Positions 6,304 to 16,372 of a stretch of DNA of 28,022 nucleotides are shown here, piece after piece. The stretch comes from Flavobacteriales bacterium. GTDB lineage: Bacteria; Bacteroidota; Bacteroidia; Flavobacteriales_D; Crocinitomicaceae. The DNA lies in the NCBI GenBank assembly GCA_018883325.1, contig VEQH01000059.1:1-28022 (forward strand), read 5' to 3'. Position 1 is the stretch's first letter; each line of letters opens with the position of its first letter. A program made the translations under genes and the position numbers. The notes beneath the pieces are model-generated. The model searched no databases. It was given only the letters and a program-made list of their open reading frames with translations, and had not been told where the DNA came from.

Positions 6304-8934
6304 ATGAAACAACTTTCTGTCCTATTTTTTCTTTTACTGTCCTTTTCATCGTTTAGTCAAAATGTACGCGTTGTAGGAATGTGCACCGGAAAAAATGGTA
6401 AAGCGCTTGAAAATGTGCTCGTTGTTTCAAAAACAAAACCCGTACAAAGCACTTTTACCGATTCAATTGGACGCTATGCTTTCAATTTTAATTTAAACGA
6501 CACGATTACTTTTATTTATTCAATCGATGGGCTGCGAGAAACTCAAACTATTGTTATCAATCAACAAGGCAGTCAAGAATTGCCAATAATTAGTTTTCCA
6601 ATTTTACAGCAGACAGAAGTAGTTATTTCTCAAAATAAAATAGATCCTTTTGTTTTGGAAAAAATGCCAACTGTTGACGCACAAAAAATTACGGGAAGCG
6701 TTGAACGCACTTTAACCTTAACAACAGCTGCGACTTCAAACAATGAGTTAACTACCAATTACAATGTTCGCGGTGGAAATTACGACGAGAATTTGGTTTA
6801 TGTAAATGGATTCTTAGTTTTTCGTCCTTTTCTTACACGAAGTGGTCAACAAGAGGGTATGAGTTTCATTCATTCGGCATTGGTAGAAGATGTTCGATTT
6901 TCTGCAGGAGGTTTTGATGCGCAATTTGGCGACCGATTGAGTTCAGTTTTGGATATAACTTATAAAACTCCTCAGAAATTTAACGCATCAGGTTTGGCTT
7001 CTTTGTTAGGTGTTGAAACGCACGTTGAGCAAGAGGTAAATCATCGTTTTAATTATTTGGTCGGAGCGCGTTACCGTTCAAATGGTTACTTTTTAAATTC
7101 ATTGCCGACTAAAGGTGCGTATAATCCTGTTTTTGCAGACGCTCAAATTTTAACAAACTACAACCTAAGTGAAAAGTTAGTGCTTTCATTCTTAGGACAT
7201 TATTCATCAAACAATTTTAGGTTTAGTCCTCAAACTTCAGAAACCGATTTTGGAACAGCAAACGAAGCTTATTCTTTCCGAATTTATTTTGACGGCTCTG
7301 AACAAACGCGTTTTCAAACAATGATGGGAGGTTTGTCGCTGAAATACCAAGCTTCAAAAGATACAAAATTGGATTTTTATGCTTCTGCTTTTAATACCGA
7401 CGAGCGCGAGTATTTTGACATTCAAGGACAATATTACATCAATGAACTAGAAACCGATCCTTCAAAAGAGGAATACGGTGATTCTGTTGCAGTACTTGGA
7501 ATTGGAACTTTTTTAAATCACGCACGCAATCGGTTGAATGCAACAATTTTAAGTGTTTATCACAACGGAGAGCATAATTTTTTCTCTGGTTTTACCAACG
7601 ATGAAAAAACAAAATTTAAAAGTTCTGTTTTGAAATGGGGACTTCAATTTCAACAAGATAACTTCAATGATAAATTGAGTGAGTGGAAAATGATTGATTC
7701 AGCAGGATATAGTTTACCACAAGTAAATAACAATGAAGTTGAATTATTTGAAACAATCAAAGGCGAATTGTCAATTCATTCTTATCGACTTTCAAGCTTT
7801 TTACAATTGAATAAAAGTTGGTCTCACACCAAGAAAAATTACTTGGTTTCCTTAGATCAAAAAATAAAAGTTGGCGACAAAAAAGAGAAAAAACATTACG
7901 AAGAAGTCATTCGCGAATCAAGTGATAAATTCGCCTTAACCGTCGGACTAAGAAGTGGTTACACAGCCATTAATAATGAATTTTATTTAACACCGCGCGT
8001 TTCTGTAAGTTATTTCCCAAGATTATACATGGTTCGAAATGAGCGCGTTGCAAGAAGAAATTTATCGTATCGTTTTTCTACTGGTTTGTATTATCAACCG
8101 CCATTTTACAGAGAATTTAGAACTTTTGACGGGCAATTGAATACCAATGTAAAAGCTCAAAAATCTTTTCATGCGGTGGCAGGTACAGATTTCTTCTTCA
8201 ATATGTGGAACCGTGAACAACCGTTCAAATTTACTGGTGAATTGTTCTACAAATATTTATGGGATGTGAACCCGTATGAAATTGAAAACGTGCGCACAAG
8301 GTATTACGCTGAAAACAATGCTGTTGCCTATGCCTATGGAATCGATGCCAATATTCACGGTGAATTTGTAAAAGGAATCGAATCGTTTTTCAAATTTGGA
8401 ATAATGTCAACCAAAGAAGATATTATTGGCGATTCGTACAAGGAATTTTACAATGCCGCTGGCGAAAGAATCATATTTGGTTTTAGTGAAGACCAAGTTG
8501 TGGTGGATAGTGCAACGATTTATCCGGGATATATTCCTCGACCAACAGATCAATTATTTACGTTTGGAGCTTTAGTTCAAGATCAAATGCCAGGTTTGGA
8601 GAATTTTACGGTTCAAATGGGAATGCAATTTGGTTCACGTTTGCCTTATGGTCCACCTGATTACACGCGCTACAAAGATACTTTGCGCATGAAATCGTAT
8701 TTTCGTGTTGACTTGGGAATGTCTTACAATTTGATTGACACCAAAAAAGATAAAAAGACATTTTGGAATAAAAACTTTTCAGAGGCAGTTATCTCATTGG
8801 AAATTTTCAATCTTTTGGGAATCAACAATGTACTCTCTAAACAATGGATTCAAGATGTGGAAGGAAAATACTATTCCATTCCAAATTATTTAACCTCAAG
8901 AAGATTTAATTTAAAGTTGATAGTAAGACTTTAG
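6304..8934 (+). CDS. TonB-dependent receptor-like outer-membrane beta-barrel (CarboxypepD_reg N-domain plus plug)
   Basis: The tracked ORF is 6295-8934. The ATG at 6304 gives a clean signal peptide, MKQLSVLFFLLLSFSSFSQ. A Cna/CarboxypepD_reg-like domain follows (VRVVGMCTGKNGKALENVLV), then a plug-like stretch NYNVRGGNYDENLVYVNGFLVFRPF. The long remainder is Y/F/N-rich with alternating beta-strand pattern. Confidence 0.8.
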   Translation: MKQLSVLFFLLLSFSSFSQNVRVVGMCTGKNGKALENVLVVSKTKPVQSTFTDSIGRYAFNFNLNDTITFIYSIDGLRETQTIVINQQGSQELPIISFPILQQTEVVISQNKIDPFVLEKMPTVDAQKITGSVERTLTLTTAATSNNELTTNYNVRGGNYDENLVYVNGFLVFRPFLTRSGQQEGMSFIHSALVEDVRFSAGGFDAQFGDRLSSVLDITYKTPQKFNASGLASLLGVETHVEQEVNHRFNYLVGARYRSNGYFLNSLPTKGAYNPVFADAQILTNYNLSEKLVLSFLGHYSSNNFRFSPQTSETDFGTANEAYSFRIYFDGSEQTRFQTMMGGLSLKYQASKDTKLDFYASAFNTDEREYFDIQGQYYINELETDPSKEEYGDSVAVLGIGTFLNHARNRLNATILSVYHNGEHNFFSGFTNDEKTKFKSSVLKWGLQFQQDNFNDKLSEWKMIDSAGYSLPQVNNNEVELFETIKGELSIHSYRLSSFLQLNKSWSHTKKNYLVSLDQKIKVGDKKEKKHYEEVIRESSDKFALTVGLRSGYTAINNEFYLTPRVSVSYFPRLYMVRNERVARRNLSYRFSTGLYYQPPFYREFRTFDGQLNTNVKAQKSFHAVAGTDFFFNMWNREQPFKFTGELFYKYLWDVNPYEIENVRTRYYAENNAVAYAYGIDANIHGEFVKGIESFFKFGIMSTKEDIIGDSYKEFYNAAGERIIFGFSEDQVVVDSATIYPGYIPRPTDQLFTFGALVQDQMPGLENFTVQMGMQFGSRLPYGPPDYTRYKDTLRMKSYFRVDLGMSYNLIDTKKDKKTFWNKNFSEAVISLEIFNLLGINNVLSKQWIQDVEGKYYSIPNYLTSRRFNLKLIVRL

Positions 8935-8972
8935 TTTTCTGATTGAAGATAAATAAGATTACTAGCGCTAAA

Positions 8973-9632
8973 TCAACGTCCTCCAAAAATAGAACTACCC
9001 ACGCGAACCATTGTACTCCCTTGCTCAATAGCAAGTTGATAATCGCCACTCATTCCCATCGAGATTTCTTTGAATGAATCATCGTTTTGAAAAAATGAAT
9101 TTTTAAGTCTTGTAAAAATCGCCTTCAACTGCGAAAATTCAGCCCTAACAACTGATTCGTCATCCGTGAAAGATGCCATACCCATAACGCCAACAACGTG
9201 GATATTGTTAAAGCTTTTGAATGTATCGGATGTCAATAATTCAACTGCTTCTTCGAAGTCTAAACCAAATTTAGTTTCTTCTTTGGCAATGTAAAATTGA
9301 AGCAAAACTGAAATTACTCGCTGGTTTTTTGCGCCTTGTTTATTGATTTCAGCTAATAGTTTTAAACTGTCCACTGAATGAATTAAATGAACATACGGAG
9401 CGATGTACTTCACTTTATTTGTTTGTAAATGACCAATCAAATGCCACTGAATATCTTTCGGAAGCACTTCCCATTTTTCAGTCATTTCTTGCACTTTATT
9501 TTCACCAAAATGGCGTTGACCAGCTTGATAAGCTTCCAATAAATCACTTACAGGTTTTGTTTTGGAAACAGCAACTAAACAGACATTTGCTGGAATCGCT
9601 TTTTGAATTTCAGCTAATTTTTGGGAAATCAT
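8973..9632 (-). CDS. yggS: YggS-family pyridoxal-5'-phosphate homeostasis protein (PLPBP/COG0325)
   Basis: The 219-aa ORF carries VAVSKTKP (PLP lysine), RHFGENKVQE, WHLIGHLQTNKVK and SMGMSGDYQLAIEQGSTMVRVGSSIFG. Confidence 0.9.
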   Translation of the reverse strand: MISQKLAEIQKAIPANVCLVAVSKTKPVSDLLEAYQAGQRHFGENKVQEMTEKWEVLPKDIQWHLIGHLQTNKVKYIAPYVHLIHSVDSLKLLAEINKQGAKNQRVISVLLQFYIAKEETKFGLDFEEAVELLTSDTFKSFNNIHVVGVMGMASFTDDESVVRAEFSQLKAIFTRLKNSFFQNDDSFKEISMGMSGDYQLAIEQGSTMVRVGSSIFGGR

Positions 9633-10864
9633 TCGCTTATTGAATAAATTGTTAAACCACTTCTTAATTTTGGTTCAACCCAAGTGGATTTCGGTGGCAT
9701 GTTCATTCCGTGGTCGGCAACTTTTTTCACTTGTTCAATCGTTGCTGGAAAAAGCACAAATCCAACTTGGAATTTACCTGTTTCTATTTTCTGTTCCATC
9801 GATTGCAGTGATTCAACTCCTGGCACAAATTCTATTTGATCACTCGTTTTCAAATCTTCTATGCCTAAAATTGGAGTTAGAATCAATTCCGTTAACAAAT
9901 CAGAATCCAAGGATTTCACAGGATGCTCGTCTTCAATTAAATAATCGAAAGGAATAAATAGGAACCATTTATTTTTCAGACATATATGAATTTGATGATT
10001 TTCAGCAGGGTGACAAGCGGCTTCTAATTGCGTCAAAGTTCCAAGTGCTTTGAGTGCATGAAGAAAACTTTCCTCTTCGTAACCATTTAAGGTTTTTACC
10101 AAACGATTAAATTCCAAAATCTTTAGTCGATTTTCTTCGACAAAAAAGGAAAGGAAGTATTTCGCACTTTCGTTTGGCGCTCCGTTTCTCTTTTCAAGTT
10201 CGTCAAATAAACGTACAGAAGAAGCTGAACGGTGGTGACCATCTGCAATGTAAAGTGCTTCGATTGCCTCAAAAGCGTTTTTTAAAACCAAGCTGTTATT
10301 TTCAGACAAAACCCACAACTCATGTTTAACACAATCAGTCGTAGAAAACTCGTATTCTGGACGCGCCTCGGTGAATTGAAAAAGCATTTGCTCAAGCTGT
10401 TCATTTCCTTTGTAAGAAAGAAGCACAGGCTCTGCATTGAATCCAACGATATCCAAATAATTGGTAAACATTGTTTCACGAGAAGTTAAAGTGGCTTCGT
10501 GCTTTTTAATTTTATCCGATTTATATTCCGCAACACTTGCACCAGCAATAATTCCAGTGAAAGGATGGCCATTTTTTGTTTGGCGGTAAATATAAATTCG
10601 AGGCGTTTCCTCTTGTATTAAAATTCCTTTTTCTACAAATTCTTCATAGCGCTTTTTAACTTGTAGAAAACGTTCTGTGGAATTTGGTTTTGTTTTCACA
10701 TCGTTTCCAAACTCTGGATTAATAATGTGTAAAAAGGTAAACGGATTATCCTCTAATTTCGCTTTAAGTACATTTTTTTTATACGAATAAAAAGGTCTCG
10801 TTGCAACTAAATGTACTTTGTCACGAACTGGTCGTACCGCTTTAAAAGGAGCAATTTCAGCCAT
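9629..10864 (-). CDS. DUF1015-family protein
   Basis: The 411-aa ORF starts MAEIAPFKAVRPVRDK...ATRPFYSY and contains the YIADGHHRSAS block characteristic of DUF1015. Its TGA overlaps the yggS ATG (ATGA at 9632-9629). Confidence 0.8.
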   Translation of the reverse strand: MAEIAPFKAVRPVRDKVHLVATRPFYSYKKNVLKAKLEDNPFTFLHIINPEFGNDVKTKPNSTERFLQVKKRYEEFVEKGILIQEETPRIYIYRQTKNGHPFTGIIAGASVAEYKSDKIKKHEATLTSRETMFTNYLDIVGFNAEPVLLSYKGNEQLEQMLFQFTEARPEYEFSTTDCVKHELWVLSENNSLVLKNAFEAIEALYIADGHHRSASSVRLFDELEKRNGAPNESAKYFLSFFVEENRLKILEFNRLVKTLNGYEEESFLHALKALGTLTQLEAACHPAENHQIHICLKNKWFLFIPFDYLIEDEHPVKSLDSDLLTELILTPILGIEDLKTSDQIEFVPGVESLQSMEQKIETGKFQVGFVLFPATIEQVKKVADHGMNMPPKSTWVEPKLRSGLTIYSISE

Positions 10865-10867
10865 TGA

Positions 10868-13210
10868 CTAGAATTTATAACTCAAACCAAAACTTGGTAG
10901 AATAGGGAATTGATAGATTTCTTCACCTGTAACACGGTTCACGTAGAAAATATTATTTCTACCGTAAACATTTGTTACACTTGCGATTAATTCCATTGAA
11001 GTTTTGTTTTTGAAAACAAATTGTTTTTTGAAAGTCACATCCAAACGGTGGTAAGCAGGTAATCTTTGACTGTTGAAAGAACCTAGTAATGTTGAAGTTG
11101 TCGTTGGATTATTGGTTACGTAATCTGTAGTTACACCACCTTGGAAAGTTTCTCCTTGGTAGAATCCTGCATTTGGTGTAAATGGTAAGCCTGAACCTAA
11201 ATTCCATCTTACGTTAACCTCGTAATCCTTTTTCTTACCAAACAAATAAGAACCCACTAAATTGATGTTGTGTCTTCTGTCGAACACAGGAAAATATTCA
11301 ATGAATCCATCCCAACGTGTGTTTTTACCCAATGAATAAACACCCCATAAAAACCAACGATCTTTGTTGTATTTCACTAAAAAGTCAACACCATAAGATT
11401 GACCTGATTCAAGGATAAAGTCCTTTTTGAAAACATCGTCAATTTGTTCAAATTGTGCAACATCTTCGTAAAGTTTGTTTTGGTTGATGTTACTTAATTG
11501 CGAGAAGTATTTGTAGTAACCTTCAACATTGAAAGTGATGTTTTTCCCTAAATCATATTCAAAACCTAAAATTGCATGCCAAGCATATTGCAATCCATTT
11601 TTTGTGTTTTTAATCTTTTGAAATTCATTTACAAATTGTTCTTGTACGTTCGTTGGTGCTGATAATAAACCATTGAATAAATTCACAACATCTTTGTCAG
11701 AAGAAGCTGATGTAAAGTTTTGAGAGAAACGTCCACCTGAGAACTTGAATCTTAAATTTTCGTTGGCGTTGTATTTCAAACCAAGTCGAGGTTCAGGAGA
11801 AATCGTATTTAGAGAAGCATAAACTTGCACACGCATTCCTGCTTGAATAACCCAACGATTGGTAACTTTTCGGTAATTGAAATAAGTTCCGATTTCTGTT
11901 GTAAAGTTATTCGCTTCGATTTTTCTTTTTGCCTCGTTGTAAGTAACGAATTGCGTATTGAATCCACTTAAATTGAAACCGTAATTCATTTCACTTTCGT
12001 TTTTCAAAAAGACACTAAAATCGAATCCAAGGTCGAATCCTCCGATTTTTGAAAAACGTGGCTCCAATGCTGTTTCAGCGAATGTTGTTTGGAAATTACT
12101 TCCGTTTACATGACCACGAATAAAAATTGGCGAACCGCTAGGAACCATTAAAAAGTTGATTCCTCCACCTGATGCATCCCAATTCAAATCGGCAACAGAA
12201 TAATTTACACTGTCTTGATTGTGAAAACCAAATGCACTAAATTTTGAACCTCCGTCAGCCGTAAATGTTACCTTACCATATAAATCTGTAAAGTTGAAAG
12301 GCAAACCATTTCCATCGTTGATACGTGGATAAAGTGTTTTTGAAGTGTAGTCTAACAAACTGTGTTTTGCAGAAAAAATATACGAACCTGCTCTTGGTGA
12401 ACCATCTGCATTTTTCTTACCAATTGGACCTTCCAACACTAATTTTGCTAAGAATGGAGAAGCCGAAACTTTCCCTCCAAATTCTTGTCTGTTTCCATCG
12501 CGGTAAGTAATATCCATAACAGATGAAATTCTTCCTCCGTATTTAGACTCAAAACCTCCTGTGTAGATGTCCACATTTTTTACCAACTCAGTCTCAAAAA
12601 TCGAGAAGAACCCGATAGAGTGAAACGGATTGTAAACTGTCATTCCATCTAATAAAACTTTGTTTTGAATGGGCGTTCCTCCACGAACATATAATTGTCC
12701 ACCTTGATCACCTGTTGTTACAACTCCCGGTGTCACACTAAATGCTCCAACAATATCGTTTTCAGCACCGTAGCTTGGGATACGCTCCAAACCTTTTTGA
12801 TCTAATTTCAACTTTGAAATCTCAATTTCAGTTCTTTTGGTCTTGTTATCAGCAGAAACTTTTACTTCGTCTAACTCTTTGACAACATCTTTCTTAATTA
12901 ATTCAAATTTAAGATCGTAGATTTTTTTACCTTCTTTGATTTCAACTTTTTGAATAGCAACTTCATACTTAAAGTTCTCAACTTTCAATAAAAAGTTTCC
13001 CTTTTCAAGTTTTGGAATTGAGAAAAATCCATTCAAATCGGTTACAGCTCCTGCCACAATTGAACTGTCTAATTTGAGAACTTTAATTTTCTCAAAGCTC
13101 ATTGGTTCACCGTTCGATTTATCGTATATAAATCCACGTACCGTGTAATCTTGTGAAAAACTTGTAAATGAAAGGAATACAAGTGTAATTAGCGAATAAA
13201 TTCTTTGCAT
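10868..13210 (-). CDS. TonB-dependent receptor (CarboxypepD_reg N-domain, plug, beta-barrel)
   Basis: The 780-aa ORF has the signal peptide MQRIYSLITLVFLSFTSFSQ and a CarboxypepD_reg-like domain YTVRGFIYDKSNGEPM. Plug motifs are GVVTTGDQGGQLYVRGGTPIQNKVLLDGMTVYNPFH, and the terminus is the aromatic ...GLSYKF. The stop lies 3 nt before the DUF1015 ATG. Confidence 0.88.
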   Translation of the reverse strand: MQRIYSLITLVFLSFTSFSQDYTVRGFIYDKSNGEPMSFEKIKVLKLDSSIVAGAVTDLNGFFSIPKLEKGNFLLKVENFKYEVAIQKVEIKEGKKIYDLKFELIKKDVVKELDEVKVSADNKTKRTEIEISKLKLDQKGLERIPSYGAENDIVGAFSVTPGVVTTGDQGGQLYVRGGTPIQNKVLLDGMTVYNPFHSIGFFSIFETELVKNVDIYTGGFESKYGGRISSVMDITYRDGNRQEFGGKVSASPFLAKLVLEGPIGKKNADGSPRAGSYIFSAKHSLLDYTSKTLYPRINDGNGLPFNFTDLYGKVTFTADGGSKFSAFGFHNQDSVNYSVADLNWDASGGGINFLMVPSGSPIFIRGHVNGSNFQTTFAETALEPRFSKIGGFDLGFDFSVFLKNESEMNYGFNLSGFNTQFVTYNEAKRKIEANNFTTEIGTYFNYRKVTNRWVIQAGMRVQVYASLNTISPEPRLGLKYNANENLRFKFSGGRFSQNFTSASSDKDVVNLFNGLLSAPTNVQEQFVNEFQKIKNTKNGLQYAWHAILGFEYDLGKNITFNVEGYYKYFSQLSNINQNKLYEDVAQFEQIDDVFKKDFILESGQSYGVDFLVKYNKDRWFLWGVYSLGKNTRWDGFIEYFPVFDRRHNINLVGSYLFGKKKDYEVNVRWNLGSGLPFTPNAGFYQGETFQGGVTTDYVTNNPTTTSTLLGSFNSQRLPAYHRLDVTFKKQFVFKNKTSMELIASVTNVYGRNNIFYVNRVTGEEIYQFPILPSFGLSYKF

Positions 13211-13278
13211 CTGTTTGATTAAGAGACCCCGAAATTAAGTAAATGTTATTACAAAAGAAAAGTTAATGAGCAATCGAA

Positions 13279-14664
13279 TTAATCTTTAACAATTCGATAG
13301 GTCTTTTTCCCTGAAAAACCTTCAATATTTACAAAATAGTTGCCTGATGAAAATTTTGATAAATCCATAGAAACGTTTGCATCACTCGATTCAATTGAGA
13401 AGATTGGTCTTCCACTTAAATCCAACAAGGTGTACGTTGCTATTTTACCACTTAAATTATTGATATTCAAAATATTTGAAACAGGATTGGGATATAATTT
13501 AAAAACAATAATGTTTTCATCAATTCCAACGCCACTTCCACCGTTTGAGTAAGCGTAAGCAGGACTTGTAACACATCCATATTGGTAAGTTACTTTCACA
13601 GTGTAGTTACCATCTTGCGTTGCAGTGTAAGATTGACTTGTAGCATTGTTTATTGGTGAATTATTGAAATACCATTGGTAACTAATTCCTGTTGTTGAAG
13701 CAGTCAAAACAGCCCCATTCGCATTGATTGAAACTGCTGCAACACTTGGACAAGTTGAAATTCCATTTGTTCCAGTTGTAGATGTTAAAGCTGTTTGAAA
13801 ACTAGTGTAAGCTTCACAATTTTCATTTAAAATATAATCTAGCCAAGGGTCTAGAATCGTGTAAGTAAGTTGCTGTTGTTGTGCTCGATCGATAGCGATA
13901 TCAGGAGAAGAAGTTCCTTCGCCGAAATCACAATTGAAGTTTGTTTGTGCAAAATAACAATGTCCTCCACCAACAATATTCACGAAATTCTTACAAGAAC
14001 TTGCTAAACCGTTATAAATTGGTGTATGGTGCTCTGCTGCTGGTGTAACACCGTCGGCTGTACCTGAAAAAATAAGTGCAGGAACAGTAACGTCTGGCGC
14101 AGCTAATGTTGCTTCTGGGTCTGTTTCAGCAGGTGCTAAACCAACGATTCCAACGATATTTGTGTTGTTTGCCGAAGCTAAGATTGTTGCTCCACCACCC
14201 ATTGAGTGACCCATTATCATTGCTCTTTGTTTGATTTTTCCGTTGAAAATGGAACCTGCCGTTGAGTTCAATGCCAACATCTTTTGAGAAACTTGTCGTA
14301 AATCCGTTCCGAAATCTGCATGACTTGGACTTGGAATCAAACCACCTTCTGTTCTCGGAAAAGCAAGAATGTAGCCTTTTGCCGCATATCGTTGCCAAAT
14401 GTTGGTGTACGCATCCCACGCCATTGCGAATCCATGGCCAAAAGTTATGACTGGAAATTGTCCTGAAACTAAAGGTGTGTTATCTCCAGCACTTGTCGCA
14501 GGGTAATAAATTTCAGTTTGAATTTGTCTTCCAGGGCCACCACCTGAGCCTGTACCACCCGTTCTTCCTGGATCGTTAAAGGTAATTGTTGTGTGCCCAA
14601 CTTGGTATTGAGCTGTTAAATTCAGACTGATAAAAACTGAAAATAAAAATAAAATCTTGTTCAT
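13279..14664 (-). CDS. Secreted alpha/beta-hydrolase of the cutinase/PETase-like (dienelactone-hydrolase-fold) type, followed by an Ig-like domain and a type-A T9SS C-terminal sorting domain
   Basis: The signal peptide is MNKILFLFSVFISLNLTAQ. The nucleophile elbow is IMGHSMGGGATILAS, the Asp block is PALIFSGTADGVTPAAEH, and the His block is NIVGGGHCYF followed by a Cys pair. The C-terminus ...FKLYPNPVSNILNINNL...GKKTYRIVKD fits the T9SS type-A CTD pattern. Confidence 0.8.
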   Translation of the reverse strand: MNKILFLFSVFISLNLTAQYQVGHTTITFNDPGRTGGTGSGGGPGRQIQTEIYYPATSAGDNTPLVSGQFPVITFGHGFAMAWDAYTNIWQRYAAKGYILAFPRTEGGLIPSPSHADFGTDLRQVSQKMLALNSTAGSIFNGKIKQRAMIMGHSMGGGATILASANNTNIVGIVGLAPAETDPEATLAAPDVTVPALIFSGTADGVTPAAEHHTPIYNGLASSCKNFVNIVGGGHCYFAQTNFNCDFGEGTSSPDIAIDRAQQQQLTYTILDPWLDYILNENCEAYTSFQTALTSTTGTNGISTCPSVAAVSINANGAVLTASTTGISYQWYFNNSPINNATSQSYTATQDGNYTVKVTYQYGCVTSPAYAYSNGGSGVGIDENIIVFKLYPNPVSNILNINNLSGKIATYTLLDLSGRPIFSIESSDANVSMDLSKFSSGNYFVNIEGFSGKKTYRIVKD

Positions 14665-14716
14665 AGTTTGATTTTTTGAGTTTCTAAAAATAGCTATTTT
14701 TTGCGACTTGTGGGTT

Positions 14717-16261
14717 TTAACTCATCGCCCAATTGCTTCTATCCAAACTTCTGTATTGAATTGCTTCTGCAACGTGTTGAGCTTTAATTCGTTCAGAACA
14801 TTCCAAATCGGCAATTGTTCTTGCAACTTTTAAAATTCGATCATAAGCGCGCGCAGACAAGCCCATTTTTTCCATCGCATTTTTCAAAATCTTTTGACTG
14901 GATTCATCAACTTTACAATGGATATCAAACTCATTTTTTGACATTTGTGCATTGCAGTGAATTCCTTCTTGTTGCTGATAACGGCCTTTTTGTAAATCCC
15001 GCGCTTTCTCCACTCTCGCCCTGATTTCTTTACTGCCCTCCGAGGGAACATCATTCGATAATTCATCAAAAGAAACGGGCGTAACTTCCACGTGAATATC
15101 AATCCGATCGAGTAAAGGTCCAGAGATTTTATTCAAGTATTTCTGAACGACACCCGGGCCGCAAACGCACTCTTTTTCAGGGTGATTGTAATACCCACAC
15201 GGACAAGGATTCATAGCAGCAACCAACATAAAACCCGCAGGATAATCAATTGAAAATTTTGCGCGGGAAATATTCACAACTCTATCTTCCAAAGGTTGAC
15301 GCATAACTTCAAGCACTTGACGCTTGTATTCTGGAAGTTCATCCAAGAACAAAACGCCATTGTGTGCCAATGAAATTTCTCCGGGCAAGGGATAACTTCC
15401 GCCTCCAATTAATCCAATGTCTGAAATGGTGTGATGTGGTTTTCGAAAAGGACGTTGCGTTATCAAACCAACTTGACCTTTGACTTTTCCAGCAACGCTA
15501 TGAATTTTAGTTGTCTCCAAAGCTTCGTCCATGCTCATGGGTGGAAGAATGGTTGAAAGTCGTTTTGCCAACATTGATTTCCCTGCGCCGGGCGGACCTA
15601 TCAAAATGACGTTATGCCCTCCAGCAGCTGCGATTTCAAACGCGCGTTTAATGTTCATTTGTCCCTTCACGTCGCGGAAATCAACGTCGCAATTATCGAT
15701 TAAATATTCAAATTTCTTCAGTACATCAATCTCCGTTTTTTCTAATGAATTTTCCTCTTGATTGAAAAATGCTATTACTTCCGACAATTTTTCTGCACCA
15801 TAAACTTCCAAATCATTGACAACTGCGGCTTCTTGTGCATTTGCTTTTGGAACAATAATTCCTTTGAATCCTTCTTGTTTTGCTTGTAAAGCGATTGGTA
15901 AAATTCCTTTTGTGGCTTGAATCGAACCATCTAAGGATAATTCGCCAATGAGCAGGTATTTGTCTAACAAGTCAATTTGAACTTGGTCACTCACGGCTAA
16001 AATTCCGATAGCGATTGGCAAATCAAAAACAGAACCTTCTTTGCGAATATCAGCAGGCGCCATATTTACCGTTATTTCTTTCCCCGGAAATTTCAAATCG
16101 TTATTCTTGAAAGCAGCTTTGATTCGTTGCTGACTTTCTTTCACTGCGCTATCAGGTAAACCGACTAAATAAAAATTGACTCCGATTCCTAAATTTACTT
16201 CGATGGTGATGGTCGTCGCATTGATGCCAAACACAGTACTGGAGTAGGTTTTAACTAACAT
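14717..16261 (-). CDS. comM: YifB/ComM-family Mg-chelatase-like AAA+ ATPase
   Basis: The 514-aa ORF has a Lon-protease-like N-domain (FDLPIAIGILA), a Walker A motif ILIGPPGAGKSM, a Walker B motif GVLFLDELPE, and a C-terminal ChlI-like tail ending with the RAYDRILKVARTIADLE helix. Confidence 0.92.
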   Translation of the reverse strand: MLVKTYSSTVFGINATTITIEVNLGIGVNFYLVGLPDSAVKESQQRIKAAFKNNDLKFPGKEITVNMAPADIRKEGSVFDLPIAIGILAVSDQVQIDLLDKYLLIGELSLDGSIQATKGILPIALQAKQEGFKGIIVPKANAQEAAVVNDLEVYGAEKLSEVIAFFNQEENSLEKTEIDVLKKFEYLIDNCDVDFRDVKGQMNIKRAFEIAAAGGHNVILIGPPGAGKSMLAKRLSTILPPMSMDEALETTKIHSVAGKVKGQVGLITQRPFRKPHHTISDIGLIGGGSYPLPGEISLAHNGVLFLDELPEYKRQVLEVMRQPLEDRVVNISRAKFSIDYPAGFMLVAAMNPCPCGYYNHPEKECVCGPGVVQKYLNKISGPLLDRIDIHVEVTPVSFDELSNDVPSEGSKEIRARVEKARDLQKGRYQQQEGIHCNAQMSKNEFDIHCKVDESSQKILKNAMEKMGLSARAYDRILKVARTIADLECSERIKAQHVAEAIQYRSLDRSNWAMS

Positions 16262-16372
16262 TTCACTTTCGTTTTTAATTGTTTCTTAACATTAAGTTAG
16301 TGAAATAGTTGATTTCTGACAAGAAAAAGATTAATTTTTTGAAATAAAAATGGTTAGAAATTAAACAAACTG

